Positions 36,451 to 49,274 are shown, counted from the first letter of the stretch. The stretch: DNA of 64,000 nucleotides from Chiloscyllium plagiosum (GCF_004010195.1 NC_057719.1:2097267-2161266), one strand, 5' to 3'. Translations and numbers: made by a program. The notes: generated by a model from the sequence alone, not told the origin.

Positions 36451-37805
36451 AGTATTCCAATCGTGCCCAGATAGCTGAATACAGTGGAGGAGCATGCTCT
36501 AGGTTGTAGAGTTGGAGAAGTGTAAAGCTCAAGCAAGCTATGGAAATAGCCTCACTCTCAATCCACGACGGGCTTTCCTAGAGTAGAAACTATCTCCGCC
36601 GCCTAGACTGTTTGATAACCAGAGGAGACTGATCAAAGAGAGTTGGGTAAAGCACACCAGAGGAAAGTTAGGAATGTTTTTTTTAACCCAGTGAGTTGTG
36701 ACCTGAACATTGTGTCTGAAGGAGGGGTGGAAGCAGATTGAATAACTATCGAGAGAGAATTGGGTAAATGATGGAGAGGAAGCATTCGCAGTGTTATGGA
36801 GAAAGCAGAATATTCAATGCTGAGTTGGGCTGAGAATTGTTTGAAAGGAAGTTGAGGGTTGTGGAGGAGGGCGGGTGCTGGACTATGGACTAAAGAACAG
36901 ATTGGCCAACATCTGTATTAATGACGGATTTAGAGGCTGAGCAGTCTCTCTCTGTTTATGTACCACTGTGAAGGATGGACAAGGCATTATTTGGATTGCT
37001 TTAAGACAGAGCCTGACACGATGGGTTGAATGGCAGCTTGTTATGTCAAGTGTATTTGTATCTTTGCATTGGGTTGGTAAGCCTTCATCTCCTGAAACAA
37101 CCCTGTGCACCCCCACAAACCATGGATGATGTGTCCTCTGTCCATCATGGATCTGTTTTCTGCTGAATCGTCCTATGTGGTTTTGTGAATGCCACTTTGT
37201 TAGTGATATTTTAGACCGTGCATGTGTGAGACAGTTACTTGGCAGGGTCTCTGACATGGACAGTGCCCTGTGCTGAGAATGAATGGAGAGAAACAGAGAG
37301 AACGTTTGAGTTTCTAACATTAGCCTTCCTCCTGTCGGGAAACAGTCATCGTTGTACCACATCTATTAATACAAACCCCGCATTCCCTCAGCTTCATCCA
37401 TCATCATACTTTCCTGTATCCCGATGTATATTGAGAGGTTTGGCTGACCATTAGAAGTGCCTTCATAGTAATAGAAGGGGCAAGGGAAGGAGACAGAGAA
37501 CAACATGAAATAATAGTGAGTTACAATGATTATGCTTCATCTCATCGCTGTCTCCTTAATCGCTGTTCTCCTGATTTGACGACGTGGTACTTTTAACACT
37601 GAGGAATGGAGCTTTTCACACTATTTGCCTTCTATTAAGTGGGAAGGAAAAATATCATTACAATGGATGGCTAATTCAGTATTTTCCATTTTATGCTTTC
37701 ATCCCGAACTGTGCCCCAGCATTAGTTTTCAATAGAGATTTTGACCTGTGCTTTTGCGATTTAGCTAGTTAATTTAGCTTTTGGTACCCCTGCGGAGTAC
37801 CAAAA

Positions 37806-37889
37806 GCCTTCCATTGCTTTTGGTACCCCGCAGACAAAACCTTACATTTGCCAAATGTGTATGTTTAAAGGTGGCAATCACTATAAGCT
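37806..37889 (+). repeat. Dispersed direct repeat, copy 1 (copy 2 at 39349-39432)
   Basis: 84 bp with 3 mismatches: gccttccattgcttttggtaccccgcagacaaaaccttaca... Confidence 0.92.
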
Positions 37890-39124
37890 CTGTCCTGTGT
37901 TGCCTCACTGACAGGCAGAAGGAAAATCTCACCTCCGGGAATGAGATTCAAAGTGGGTCACATGGAGGTAAGAGGAAAAAACAGCCTGTCTTCTGTTTTG
38001 TCCCATTTCTGAGGGACAGGCCCTATCCTGGCTCAATTCACATCATCCATCGGCCCCTGGACAGGCAACTCCTTTAAGAACAGTGACAAAGGAAATCACT
38101 GCTTTGTTTCCTGTCAACTAAGACTTTGTGTTGTGTTGATAAAGGAGGTTGAATTGCTTTACCCAACTCGAGGTGGCATTGGCAGTGGTATCAAATCAAT
38201 CTTTTGAGCGTTGTTTCAGAGCTTTTATGCAGAAGTTACTTTTTTGGGGCAGAAATTACGACAGACCCAGGAGCTGCTCCTGATCTGGGTATCCAGCCTC
38301 TCCTGTGGTATTGCCTCCCTGCAGGAGCTGAGAATAGATGGAGATCTGGAAAATATCCCCTAGGCCTTGCTGCCAATGAACAGTTGGATTGGCAGTGCTC
38401 TCCTGTTGGCCTCCCATGATTGTCTTTAATGATTGATGATGCAACAGGCTGGACTGCACCCAGTGTTAGTGAAATACAAGCAGCGAGCAGTCAGTGAGAG
38501 GGTGATGTGCTCAATAACTAGACTTGCATGGAGTCCTGGATGAATTAAGAGTCCACTTTTAAATACCTAAATAGCAAATGTTGGAGGGATGTAATCTGTA
38601 ACTAACGACCAATTGATCAGCAGAACTGACTCCTTTGACTTCCAGTCAGTGACAAAATGAAATGCATCTTCTTTGCTAGTCTTGTTAATCTCACGAAGTG
38701 TATATTTTTGAAGGCGATTTAGACTGTTTGTTCTTCATCTCCCTTCCCTCTGCTCCATCTGTTGCCTCTTCAATGAAATTACTTGGAGAGACTGAGGAGT
38801 ATAATCCGAGGTGTTTATCCACTCGGCAGTGCAGTCTTGGTAAATACCTCTGTACCTCTTTTATCAACAGCACAGACCCAACTGCAACATGTTGCTTTAC
38901 CCACATTATGCTTACACAATATAGTGGATTGTTACTGGATAACCTACACAGGAAGAATTTAAATCCCACCACCGCAGTTTGTGAGTTTCTATTTGACTGA
39001 AAAATCAGCAAAAAATAAAATTTGTCATTGTTGGTCTTGAATTTCTGTCTGTAGTTAATAACAGACGTGATTCACCTCAGTCTTTTAAAGCTGCATCTCG
39101 GTTGTTAAAGTCAGCACAATCCCA

Positions 39125-39285
39125 GGCTACTCTCACATTGACCTGAGGGTCACCACGTCTCAGGCAAGGGGAGAGGTTGAGAAGGAGAGTTGATCATGGT
39201 AACCTCAGTCAATGCAGGAACTGAACCCATGCTGTTGGTGTCGCTGTGCAACTCAAACTAGCTGTGCAGCCAAATGAGATCAAGC
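39125..39285 (-). mobile_element. Degenerate tRNA-derived SINE, third family (related copy at 57160-57265 on +)
   Basis: Reverse complement reads ctcatttggctg...agcatgggttcagttcc...ggtgaccctcagg; the other copy starts agctcagttggc. Confidence 0.5.
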
Positions 39286-39791
39286 TCCCCGCATTGCAAA
39301 TTTAAGAAAAAGGGTGAATTAGTGGGGAGGTATGAAGTTGCAGTCACTGCCTTCCATTGCTTTTGGTACCCCGCAGACAAAACCTTACACTTGCCAAATG
39401 TGTATGTTTAAAGGTGGCAATCGCTATAGGCTGGCCTGTGTCCCTTGGTTAGTTCGTTTTGTAGTTGGTGTCGGGTCCCTCGGGTTAAGCCTGACCTACA
39501 TCATCAGCTTATGTCTGTGTCCATGGAGAGGCACCTTAGAACCTCTCTCCACCTTCTGTCAGAATAGCGAACAGGTTGAACACCACTGTATAATGAAGGT
39601 GTTTACCTGCCTATTAAGGGAGTGTAAACTCAGAAGAAAAACTCTGCTGTTAGCTGTCAGAGACTTTTTACAGCTAATTGTCAATATGCATATACTGCTG
39701 AGAAAATTGGTATTTACCCCTCTTTCCTAGTCTCCCAAAGATGGTCCTGTTACTTGGGCCCTCTTTCTAAACCCCCCGACTTTGATACAGC

Positions 39792-39992
39792 TAGAACATA
39801 GAACATAGAAGAATACAGCGCAGTACAGGCCCTTTGGCCCTCGATGTTGCGCCGATCCAAGCCCACCTAACCTACACTAGCCCACTATCCTCCATATGCC
39901 TATCCAATGCCCGCTTAAATGCCCTTAAAGAGGGAGAGTCCACCACTGCTACTGGCAGCGCATTCCATGAACTCACGACTCGCTGAGTAAAC
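39792..39992 (-). mobile_element. Young CR1 subfamily 3' tail
   Basis: Near-identical to the copies starting at 51385 and 54497. Confidence 0.9.
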
Positions 39993-40334
39993 ACAGCGAG
40001 TTCTGGTTTGTTTCACCATATTTCCCACACTACCATGACTTCACCTTATTCACTATTGCTTTGGAATTTCCTGGGATCATGAAAGGTTTTACATAAATGC
40101 AATTTTTTTTTTATTGGGCACAATACAGCATGCATGTGTTAGCAATGGACTCATCTCACCTCCACAGCCAGGGTGTTTCGGCAGCATCATTCCAAGCCTG
40201 TAAATCACAAGATATCAATGTTTATTCTCAGTCAGGTTTGAACTTGAAGGAGAAAATCTGTTAGTTTATGGAGTCTTGACAACTTGGAAAGTTTATGGCT
40301 TCCAGACCAAAATGTAGATATTTTAAGCCAGTGT

Positions 40335-40618
40335 GATTAGATTAGATTCCCTACAGTGTGGAAACAGGCCCTTCAGCCCAACAAGTCCACACCAAATTTT
40401 CCAACCCACCCAGACCCATTCCCCTACTCCCTACGAATGCATCTATCACTATGGGCAATTTAGCATGGCCATTCACCTGACCTTTGGACTGTGGGAGGAA
40501 ACCCATGCAGACACAGGGAGAATGTGCAAACTCCACACAGACGGTCACCTGAAGCTGGAATCGAACCCGGGTCCCTGGCGCTGCGAGGCAGCAGTGGTAA
40601 TCACTGAGCCACCGTGCC
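40335..40618 (-). mobile_element. HE1-like V-SINE with internal deletions
   Basis: Reverse complement of HE1 head and tail. Confidence 0.9.
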
Positions 40619-40711
40619 ATAATAATAGCTCAATCCAATGTCGATTTTATTTTGGTGACTGAGAATCCTTCGATCACAGTGGTTTACAGTTTGATTGGCT
40701 GCTTATGAAAC

Positions 40712-40988
40712 CGAGGAGAAAGTGAGGGCTGCAGATGCTGGAGATCAGAGCTGAAAATGTATTGCTGGAAAAGCGCAGCAGGTCAGGCAGCATCCAAGGA
40801 ACAGGAGAATCGACGTTTCAGGCATAAGCCCTTCTTCAGGAATGAGGAAAGTGTGTCCAGCAGGCTAAGATAAAAGGTAGGGAGGAGGGACTTGGGGGAG
40901 GGGCGTTGGAAATGCGATAGGTGGAAGACAGGCCGCCTACTTGCGGAATGTTTCAGAGAACACCTCTGGGACACCCGGACCAACCAGG
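40712..40988. mobile_element. Penelope 3' end (minus, family A) joined to an inverted GIY-YIG fragment (plus, 40926-40988)
   Basis: Reverse complement attcctgaagaagggcttatgcctgaaacgtcgattc; the + strand then reads TGRLLAECFREHLWDTRTNQ. Confidence 0.8.
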
Positions 40989-41378
40989 TTATCCCTACTC
41001 CCCTTTTTGAACAAGGGAACCATTTGCTATCCTCCAGTCTTCTGGCACTACTCCTGTAGACAAGGAGGACATAAAAATCAAGGCCAATGGCTCTGCAATC
41101 TCCTCCCTTGCTTCCCAGAGAATCCTAGGATAAATGCCATCAGGCCCAGGGGACTTATCTATTTTCACCTTTTCCAGGATTTCCAACACCTCTTCTCTAC
41201 ATACCTCAAAGCCATCCATTCTACTTAATTGTGACTCAGTATTCACATCGGCAACAATGTCCTGTTCCTGAGTGAATACTGACGAAACGTATTCATTCAG
41301 TGTCTCCCCAATCTCTTCCGCCTCCACACGCAACTTCCCACTACTATCCTTGACTGGACCTATTCCTACCCTAGTCAG
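40986..41378 (-). mobile_element. CR1 ORF2 internal fragment
   Basis: LNEYVSSVFT...KSPGPDGIYPRILWEAREEIAEPL. Confidence 0.9.
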
Positions 41379-41624
41379 CTGTGTAGTTTACCAGGGTACA
41401 GTTAAAGATTAATCACATTGGTGAAGGACTAGAACCACATACAGGCCCAGATGAACTGTGGTAGGTTTCCTTCCCTTAAAGTGTGTGCTCTCTATATGTA
41501 ACCCCGCCTAAATCCAATTTTTAAATTATAAGCATCTTTATTGAAAAGCAGCGGATGTGCTGTTGTGGGGAGAGAGGGTCAGATCGGTTGGTGCCTCCAT
41601 TCCTTCTCTAACCCCAGCATGATG

Positions 41625-41726
41625 AAACAAGGACAAAAAGTGCTGGAGAAACTCAGCAGGCCTGCAGCATCTGTGAAGAGAGATACGGAGTTAGCGTTTC
41701 GGGTCCAGTGAGCCTTCCTCAGAACC
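41625..41726 (-). mobile_element. Penelope-derived family B element
   Basis: Reverse complement gttctgaggaaggctcactggacccgaaacgctaac. Confidence 0.8.
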
Positions 41727-41789
41727 AATGAACTTGCACATTGATGCTCAGGCCAATTGCTCTTCTGGTTAAGTATGGTTATCCAGTTT

Positions 41790-42515
41790 CCCAGCAAAAA
41801 CAGGAAGGCAGGTCATTACCTGAATGGTGACCGATTGGGGAAGGGGGAGCTGCAATAAGACCTGGGTTTCTTTGTACACCATTCACCGAAGGTAAGCATT
41901 GCGGGAGCAGCAGGCGGTGAAGAAGGTAAATGGTATATTGGCCTCCATAGTGAGAAGGTTCAAGTACAGGGGCAGGGATATCTTGCTGCAATTAGATAGG
42001 GACTTGGTGAGATCACACAGGGAGAAATGTTTACAGTTTGGGCTCCTTATCTGAAGAAGGATGTTCTGGCGATGGAGGAAGTGCTGTGAGGGTTTACCAG
42101 ATTGAGACCTGGAATGACAGGACTGATGTACGAAGCGAGACTGCTTCGGTTAGGACTATGTTCACTGGGGTTTAGAGGAATGATGTAGGATCTCATAGAA
42201 ACCTATAAAATTCTAACAGGACTAAACAGGGTAAAAACAAAATGACCCTGGAGTCCACAGCCAGGGGATCACACTCTTAAGCCATTTCAAATTCAGATGA
42301 GAATTTCCTTCTCCCAGAGAGTGGGGAGCCTGTGGAACTCTCTGCCACAGAATGTGGTTGAGGCAAAAACATTAACTCTTTCTTCAAAACATTTAGATTC
42401 ATTTCCTAGGCATCAAAAGGGTGAAAGACCAAACAGTGTGTGATCCAGCCACGGTCTTATTGAATGGCGGAGCAGGCTCAAGGGGCCGAATGGCCTACTG
42501 CTCCTGTTTTGTAAG
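41790..42515 (+). mobile_element. Degenerate CR1 3' region
   Basis: gatctcatagaaacctataaaattctaac...tcaaggggccgaatggcctactg tail. Confidence 0.85.
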
Positions 42516-43091
42516 TTTCTGTTACATTCAACACCCTGACTAAATCGACTCCAGGTTTGGGAATAGTCTTGCTGCCAGATGTGACCTTCCTCTTTGATGC
42601 CCAGTTTTTTGCCACATAAGGGTGTGGGAATTTGCAGACAATAGGTTGGAGGAAGTTTGAGGTTTTGTTCAGTCAAACCAGTCTTGAATCTGTGGCCAGC
42701 TTCTGTTTTTGTAATCTTGTTTGTGGATGTCGCTGTTTTCCTTTTCACCTGGTTAGTCTTTCACACCGTGTCTTACATAGGCTGACACCAGTTATGTTTT
42801 AAAACATTGATAAGTTTGTGTGAGTAACATGGTAACAACACAATACCTTGTTGGTCATGCATGAAGAGCTGGTTCCTGTTTTGAGTAGTAGAGTTTTTTG
42901 TTCCACATTTAAACTCTCTTGTTCCAATTCTGACCTGAGAGTGAGTGTGTGGTCAATCCCAGGATCAAATAGAAGGTGGGGGGGGTGGAGAGATTCTTCA
43001 TTTTTATTTGAATACAGTTAATGTGATCCAGAAAGAGGGAGAGCATGCATTTCTGTAACACATTTCTTAAAGACATAAGCCCTTTACAGTT

Positions 43092-43540
43092 AATCCTGAT
43101 GAAGGGCTTTTGCCCGAAACATTGATTTTCCTGCTTCTCAGAAATTGCTTGACCTGCTCTGCTTTCCCAGCACCACTCTAATCTTGACTCTAATTAGATT
43201 AAATTCCCTACATTGTGGAAACAGGCCCTTCGGCCCAACAAGTTCACACCGACCCTCTGAAGAGCAATCCACCCAGACCTATTCTCCTACATTTACCCCT
43301 GACTAATCCACCTAACACTACGGGCAACTTAGCACGGCCAATTCACCTGACCTGCACATCTTTGGACTGTGGGTGGAAACCGGAGCACCCGGAGGAAACC
43401 CACACAGACACGGGGAGAATGTGCAAACTCCACACAGCCAGTCACCTGAGGCGGGAATCGAACCTGGGTCTCTGGCACTGTGAGGGATCAGTGCTAACCA
43501 CTGAGCCACTCTCCAGCATCTGCAGTCCTGACTTTTGCCT
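43092..43540 (+). mobile_element. Family A Penelope-derived element interrupted by an HE1 SINE
   Basis: aatcctgatgaagggcttttgcccgaaacattgatt... resumes after the SINE as ctccagcatctgcagtcct at 43511. Confidence 0.82.
43191..43510 (-). mobile_element. HE1-like V-SINE
   Basis: Reverse complement of HE1. Confidence 0.93.
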
Positions 43541-43727
43541 ATAACTTGCATTATGTCATGCTTTTCATGTTTTATTGTCTTGGTGCTTTGTAAAGTGTCA
43601 CATAAGTGATACACATTTGGGTGCTAGTGATGGAAAAGTCATCAGCTGGGATTTTCTACTCTTCAGAGAGTGAATTGAGATCTTCCGTACACGACTATCA
43701 GGGTAGGTACTCTGTCCGAAGGATCGC

Positions 43728-44292
43728 AAGATATAAAAGCAGACATTAGGCCATTCAGCCCATCGAGTCAGACCTACCATTCCATCATACCTGACAGGTT
43801 TCTCAACTTGATTTTCCCGCTTTCTCCCAGTAACCCTTGATCCTCCTGATACTCAATAACCTTTCTACCTTAGTCTTAAATATACTCGATGACCTGGCCT
43901 CCACAGCCTTCTGTGGCAATGAATTCCATAGATTCCCCACTCTCTGGCTGAAGAAGTTTCTCCTTATCTCCGTTCTAAAAGGTCTCCCCTTTACTCTAAG
44001 GCTGTCCTTAGAGTCTAAGGCTGTCCTTAGGGTCCTAATCTCTCCTGCCAATGGAAACATCTTCCTAACATCTACTCTGTCCAGGCCATTCAGTATTCTG
44101 TATGTTTCAATTAAATCCCCCCTCATCCTTCTAAACTTCATTGAATACAGACCTAGAGCCCTCAAACGTTCCTCATATGTTAAGCTTTTAATTCCTGGAA
44201 CCATTCTCGTGAACCTCCTCTGAACACGCTCCAACGCTAGTATATCCTTCCTGAGATATAGGGCCCAAAACTGTGCACAATACTCCACATGT
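43728..44292 (-). mobile_element. CR1 3' fragment
   Basis: EYCAQFW...LERVQRRFTRM...FFSQRVGNLWNSLP; tandem duplication with 19-bp period at 43995-44030. Confidence 0.92.
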
Positions 44293-44719
44293 AGCAGCAG
44301 CAGCTCTGACAGTGCGGCACTCCCTCACTGCTACTTAGGAATTTGGTCTTTAAAAATATTGAGATAATGGGTGGGAATTAATTGAGTTCACATCCTGCTG
44401 ACTTGAGTACAAGTTTTTTTTAGTCAAATTGTTCAGACATATTATGACCCATACCTCCAGAACATATGGGACTTGAACTTGGACCTTCTAACTCAGTGGT
44501 AAGGACACTGCCACTGCACCACAAGGAGACTTTGGCTGTGGTACAAAACAAAATGTCCTAGTCAACTTGCTTAGAGATGTTATTAAGTACCTCTGGAGCA
44601 GTTGGGACTTGAACCTTCAGCTCCTGTCTCAGAGGCAGGGGCACTCCCACTGCACTATTCGGGCCTCTCTCTGACTTGGGTGCATGCTACTTGAAGACAT
44701 GGCTAATTCCTGGGGAAGC

Positions 44720-44881
44720 GCAGCAGGTCAGGCAGCATCAAAGGAGCAGGAGAATCGACGTTTCAGGCATAAGCCCTTCTTCAGGATTCTTCTGCTTCTT
44801 TGATGCTGCCTGACCTGCTGCGCTTTTCCAGCAACACATTTTTCAGCTCTGATCTCCAGCATCTGCAGTCCTCACTTTCTC
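44720..44881. mobile_element. Penelope-derived family A palindrome
   Basis: TSD ctaattcct[g/a]gggaagc at 44703-44719 and 44882-44898. Confidence 0.88.
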
Positions 44882-44994
44882 CTAATTCCTAGGGAAGCCA
44901 AATAATTTACGTCACTTTTGCTTTATAAATTTGCTAAAATAAAACAGGCTTGTGCTGAATGAGGAAACTTGTTGGACAACGTTGAGCTTTTATC

Positions 44995-45160
44995 CCTGGA
45001 GAAACTCAGTGGGTCTGGCAGCATCTGTGGAGAGAAACTGAGTAATGATCCAGATCCAGTGACTGTTCTTCAGAACTGATAGTAGCCCTTAAGAAGGGTC
45101 GCTGAACTCAACGTTAACTCTTGCTTTCTCCTTGTAGATGCTGCCAGACCGGCTGAGTTT
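44995..45160. mobile_element. Penelope-derived family B palindrome
   Basis: aaactcagtgggtctggcagcatct / agatgctgccagaccggctgagttt arms. Confidence 0.8.
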
Positions 45161-46026
45161 AAAACTTCCAGGAGGCCCCAGCTCATGGTTTTGCTTTGAT
45201 TGAGATTTCATTGTCTGAAGCTGGCAGTGTGATGCTAAGGATTGGAAGCTCCCGCTGTACTCCTGGAATGTGTTGTCCATTTCACTTGGAGATAGGGTTG
45301 TACTCAAGGCAGAGCCAAGACATTCTTAATGGTTTTCATTGTTTGTGGTTTATAAACTCACTCGCTCCTTGCATGAGCCAGTATATTAAGCTAAAAGGTC
45401 CAATGGGAGGGAACTTTGAAGATGCTGTGAAGTATTGTGCCTGATGGAAATGTCAATTTGAATTGGAAAATAAGAGGGTCAAACCTATCGTACTTATTAT
45501 CAAGGAGGCATGTGGGGAATGTTGTAAGTACTTCAGAATTGGTGTTTTTATCTTATTTGAATGTAATTTTCTCCATTTTGCATATTTCAAAATGAGTGTA
45601 AACTTTGAATGCATTTGACTTTGTAACACTCCCAAGTGTAATTCTGAATTTTTCCCTCTTCAGTGTAGATTTTTAGCACTTATAAGAACAGAACATGTTG
45701 TCTGAAGTGAAAGACCAATCCCACTGTATATTGCAGCTTAAGTCACGAGCGTAGTTTAGACGGACTGTGGAATGTTGAGTCAGCTCCCAAGGTGGTGGTT
45801 CCAGGTCGTTTTGCATTATCAGGAAGGCTCCTGGGTCTTCTGTCTCTTGAGGATGTGGTGGAATTCCAAAGTAATGTGCAAAGACAGGTGGGGATGCCTT
45901 GCACATTCCATGTACTGACGCTCAGCATGGACCGAAAGGGGCTTGCAACATCCCACTCAGCAGCTTTGTTCTTCTTTCAAGTGATTACAGTGACAGAAAA
46001 GTTGTGCTTGTCTGTAATAGCAACTT

Positions 46027-46372
46027 AGAGTCTTAGAGATGTACAGCATGGAAACAGACCCTTCGGTCCAACCCGTCCATGCCGGCCAGATATCCCAACC
46101 CAATCTAGTCCCACCTGCCAGCACCCGGCCCATATCCCTCCAAACCCTTCCTATTCATATACCCATCCAAATGTCTTTTAAATGTTGCCCTTGTACCAGC
46201 CTCCACCACATCCTTTGGCAGCTCACTCCATACACACACCACCCTCTGCGTGAAAAAGTTGCCCCTTAGGTCTCTCTTATATCTTTCCCCTCTCACCCTA
46301 AACCTATGTCCTCTAGTTCTGGACTCCCCAACCCCAGGGAAAAGACTTTGTTTATTTATCCTATCCATGCCT
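46027..46372 (-). mobile_element. CR1 3' end fragment
   Basis: RTRGHRFRVRGERYKRDLRGNFFTQRVV. Confidence 0.92.
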
Positions 46373-47329
46373 CTTGCTCAACATAAAAGTGCAAGTGTCA
46401 GTTGTTGCCTTATAGGGACCAGAGTTGCTTTGGGAACAACGTGGTTGGTTAGATTCTGTTGAGCTTTCACTGCTCGTAGGATCCAAATTACTTCTTCGAG
46501 TAAAAAGCACAGGCTTTCATTCATTTTCATAATTAGTCATTGTCTACTCACCGTAATCCCTATAGAGAAAGGGAAGCCAGGTGCAAAAAGGATTCAGATA
46601 TCCTCTGCAATGAAGTGTGACATGAACATTGTCCAGTAATTGCATAACATGCAAAGGCTGGCTTTGGGACCTATTAACTTCTTAAAACATTTATGCAGCA
46701 ATGCATTTTTGCCCTTTTGTTCCTTGGTTTTTTTGTGAGACTATTGAAAACTGATAGTTTGCCTCTGTGTTCCCCCCAACAGCCTGTGTCTCACCAGGCC
46801 ACGGGCCCTACGAGTTCTATTAATTAATTAATCCGAACCAGTCAATGCAAACTATCAGCCATTGTTCAATCTGTGTCTGTCCAACATTGCTCAATTCTGG
46901 CAAACTTGCTTTGCGGTGTAGAATTGCAGGTTTGAATATTTAATGTTCTGTGCAACATCATGTAGAAGAGGGAGCTGAGAGATGAGGCAGTGCTTCCTAA
47001 GTTATTTTTCAAGAGATCCCGTTTTAACATCTGAGAACAGTGTGATTCCAGATGCCAGCAAATTGAAAGCAGCATCATAATGTCTAATATATGGTGATTA
47101 AAGTTTGCATGACTGACTAAAATGGAAACATAACTAAGATGGTAAAGATGGTTTTAAACTAAGTGGCGGAGATGAGGAACATGTGTTAAGCTTAGAGAAA
47201 AGGACAAGACAATAGAGTGAGATAGCAAACAAAGAGTACTGATAATTGGAGCGCAGCAAGAAGGGACAGAGCATACATCTTAAGTATGCCAGCAGATAAG
47301 GCCAGCCTTATTGGCAAAAAATGGTCAAA

Positions 47330-48350
47330 AGACAGAACTAAAGCCTCTGTATCAAAGTGTCTGTAGCATTCACACCAAAGTGCTTACCTGAAGTAGAAAT
47401 AAACATGCATGACTTGATCGGAACAAATTACTGCAGATGCAGGAATCTGCACTGAAAACAACAAATGCTAGAGATCAGAGTGAGTCGCTCAGCATCCATG
47501 GAGAGAGAATCTATGTGACTCTTCAGAGCTCTGAGGAAGAGTCATCTGGACCCGAAATGTTAGCTTGCTCCCTCTCCATGGATGCTGTCTGACCTCTGTT
47601 GTTTTTAGTGTATGACTTGATGGTCTTTAGATACTTTGCTGCAAGTAGTACAACAAAGCTGGAATGTAAATCATCAAGAATACGACATTTCAGAATGACA
47701 AGAAGCTGAGAAAAGGTGGTGAAATAGCTCTGTTAATTAAGGAAAGCAGTACTTGGTATTGTATTGTGCTTAAACTGTAATACTGTACTTAATGAGAGAT
47801 TATCTTCTTTGTCTAGTTATATAATCAGTTTGAAAGAAGAAATGTCCAAGTTAAGACACTTGTGGGAGTTGTTTATAGATCTAACGGTAATTATGTTGTA
47901 GGACAGAGGACACAGGAGGACATAGTCGGACCTTGTAAATAAAATACAGCTATTATCATAGGTGACTTTAATTTGCGTAGATTGGAAAAATCTGATCAGC
48001 AAAGGGAACTTGATAGATGTGCTTAATGTTTTAAGTATAATTTCCTTAAAGCAACACATTGAGAGCCAACCAGCGAGCAGGCTATCCTCAACCTGGTAAT
48101 ATGCAGAATCAAGATTAATTCCTGATCTGTAGTTCAGGAGCCTCTTGGGGGTAGTGATTATAATATTGAATTTTGCATTCAGTTTGAGGGAGAAAGGAGT
48201 ATGTATAAGACTGGTATTTTAAACTTTAGGGCAATTACAAGGGCACCTGTATAAAGTTGGCTAAAGTGAACTGACCTTAGTAAAGGATGGATTCGTACAG
48301 CTCTAGTGATAGACATTTGAGATAATTTAAGTTAAAGGATACATTTACAT
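47330..48350 (+). mobile_element. Old degenerate CR1 endonuclease region
   Basis: IIGDFNL remnant (atcataggtgactttaat); gagccaaccagcgagcaggctatcctc. Confidence 0.6.
47419..47608. mobile_element. Penelope-derived family B palindrome with a near-intact hammerhead core
   Basis: agct-CTGAGGA-a-gagtc atctg gaccc-GAAA-t-GTT-agct at 47527-47565; TSD tg[c/t]atgacttgat at 47406-47418 and 47609-47621. Confidence 0.82.
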
Positions 48351-48404
48351 CTGAGAATCTTTGGTGAATTACCACACTGCAGAAAGTCACCAAAGATCTT
48401 CAGG

Positions 48405-48710
48405 CAGCACCTTCCAAACCCACATCCACTTCCATCTCGAAGATCAAGGGCAGCAAATACACCATCGCCTTCAAGTTCCCCTCCGAGCCACTCACCATCC
48501 TGACTTGGAAATATATCGCCGTTGCTTCACTGTCACTAGGTCAGAATCCTGGAATTCCCTCCCTAAGGGCATTGTGGGTCAACCCACAGCGCATGGACCG
48601 CAGCGGTTCAAGAAGGCAGCTCACCCCCACCTTCTCAAGGGGCAACTAGGGATGGGCAATAAATGCTGGTGTGGCCAGTGATGCCCATGCCCCATAAATG
48701 AACATTAAAA
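48405..48710 (+). mobile_element. 3' end of the second CR1/L2-group LINE family
   Basis: YRRCFTVTRSESWNSLPKGIVG...RFKKAAHPHLLKG; tail gggatgggcaataaatgctgg. Confidence 0.85.
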
Positions 48711-49274
48711 GCATTTCAATGAGAAAGGGCAAAAATCCCATCACCTGTTGCAGGGCTGTTGGACAGAGCAATGAGAATGAGACCAATTTGCATAGCTTTC
48801 AGGGAGATATCAGAGACATGATGGGCTGAATAGTCTCCTGAGTTGCAGTGTTCTGAAGCTTATGGGCATACGCTGAGTAAATATCCCAAAACTTATGAAA
48901 AGTTAGATATACAATTAGAGCTACATGACCCCTCCACCCGGTGCCCATCTTGCATGGTCTAGTTGTATTGAATGTATGTTGTAAGCATTATCTGTTAAAT
49001 CAATTGCATTGCACAATACTCCTATAGAAGAGAGTGGAAATTTATGCACAGTGCTTTAGCTCTGGATCTGGTTTCATTCCACTTTACTTTTTGCAGTACA
49101 ACAGCGAGGGCATTCTGAAAGATAAGGCACTTAGGGCAATTTGAGCGTTGCGAAAGGTGAAAAGAATGTTTTACTCGTGAGTTTTTATAACTTCTCAGTG
49201 GTGCTGATTCCTGGTGACGGTATGCTTGCAGCTTTCTGGTAAGGCACACAGGCGCAACCCTCTCACCTTGGTAT

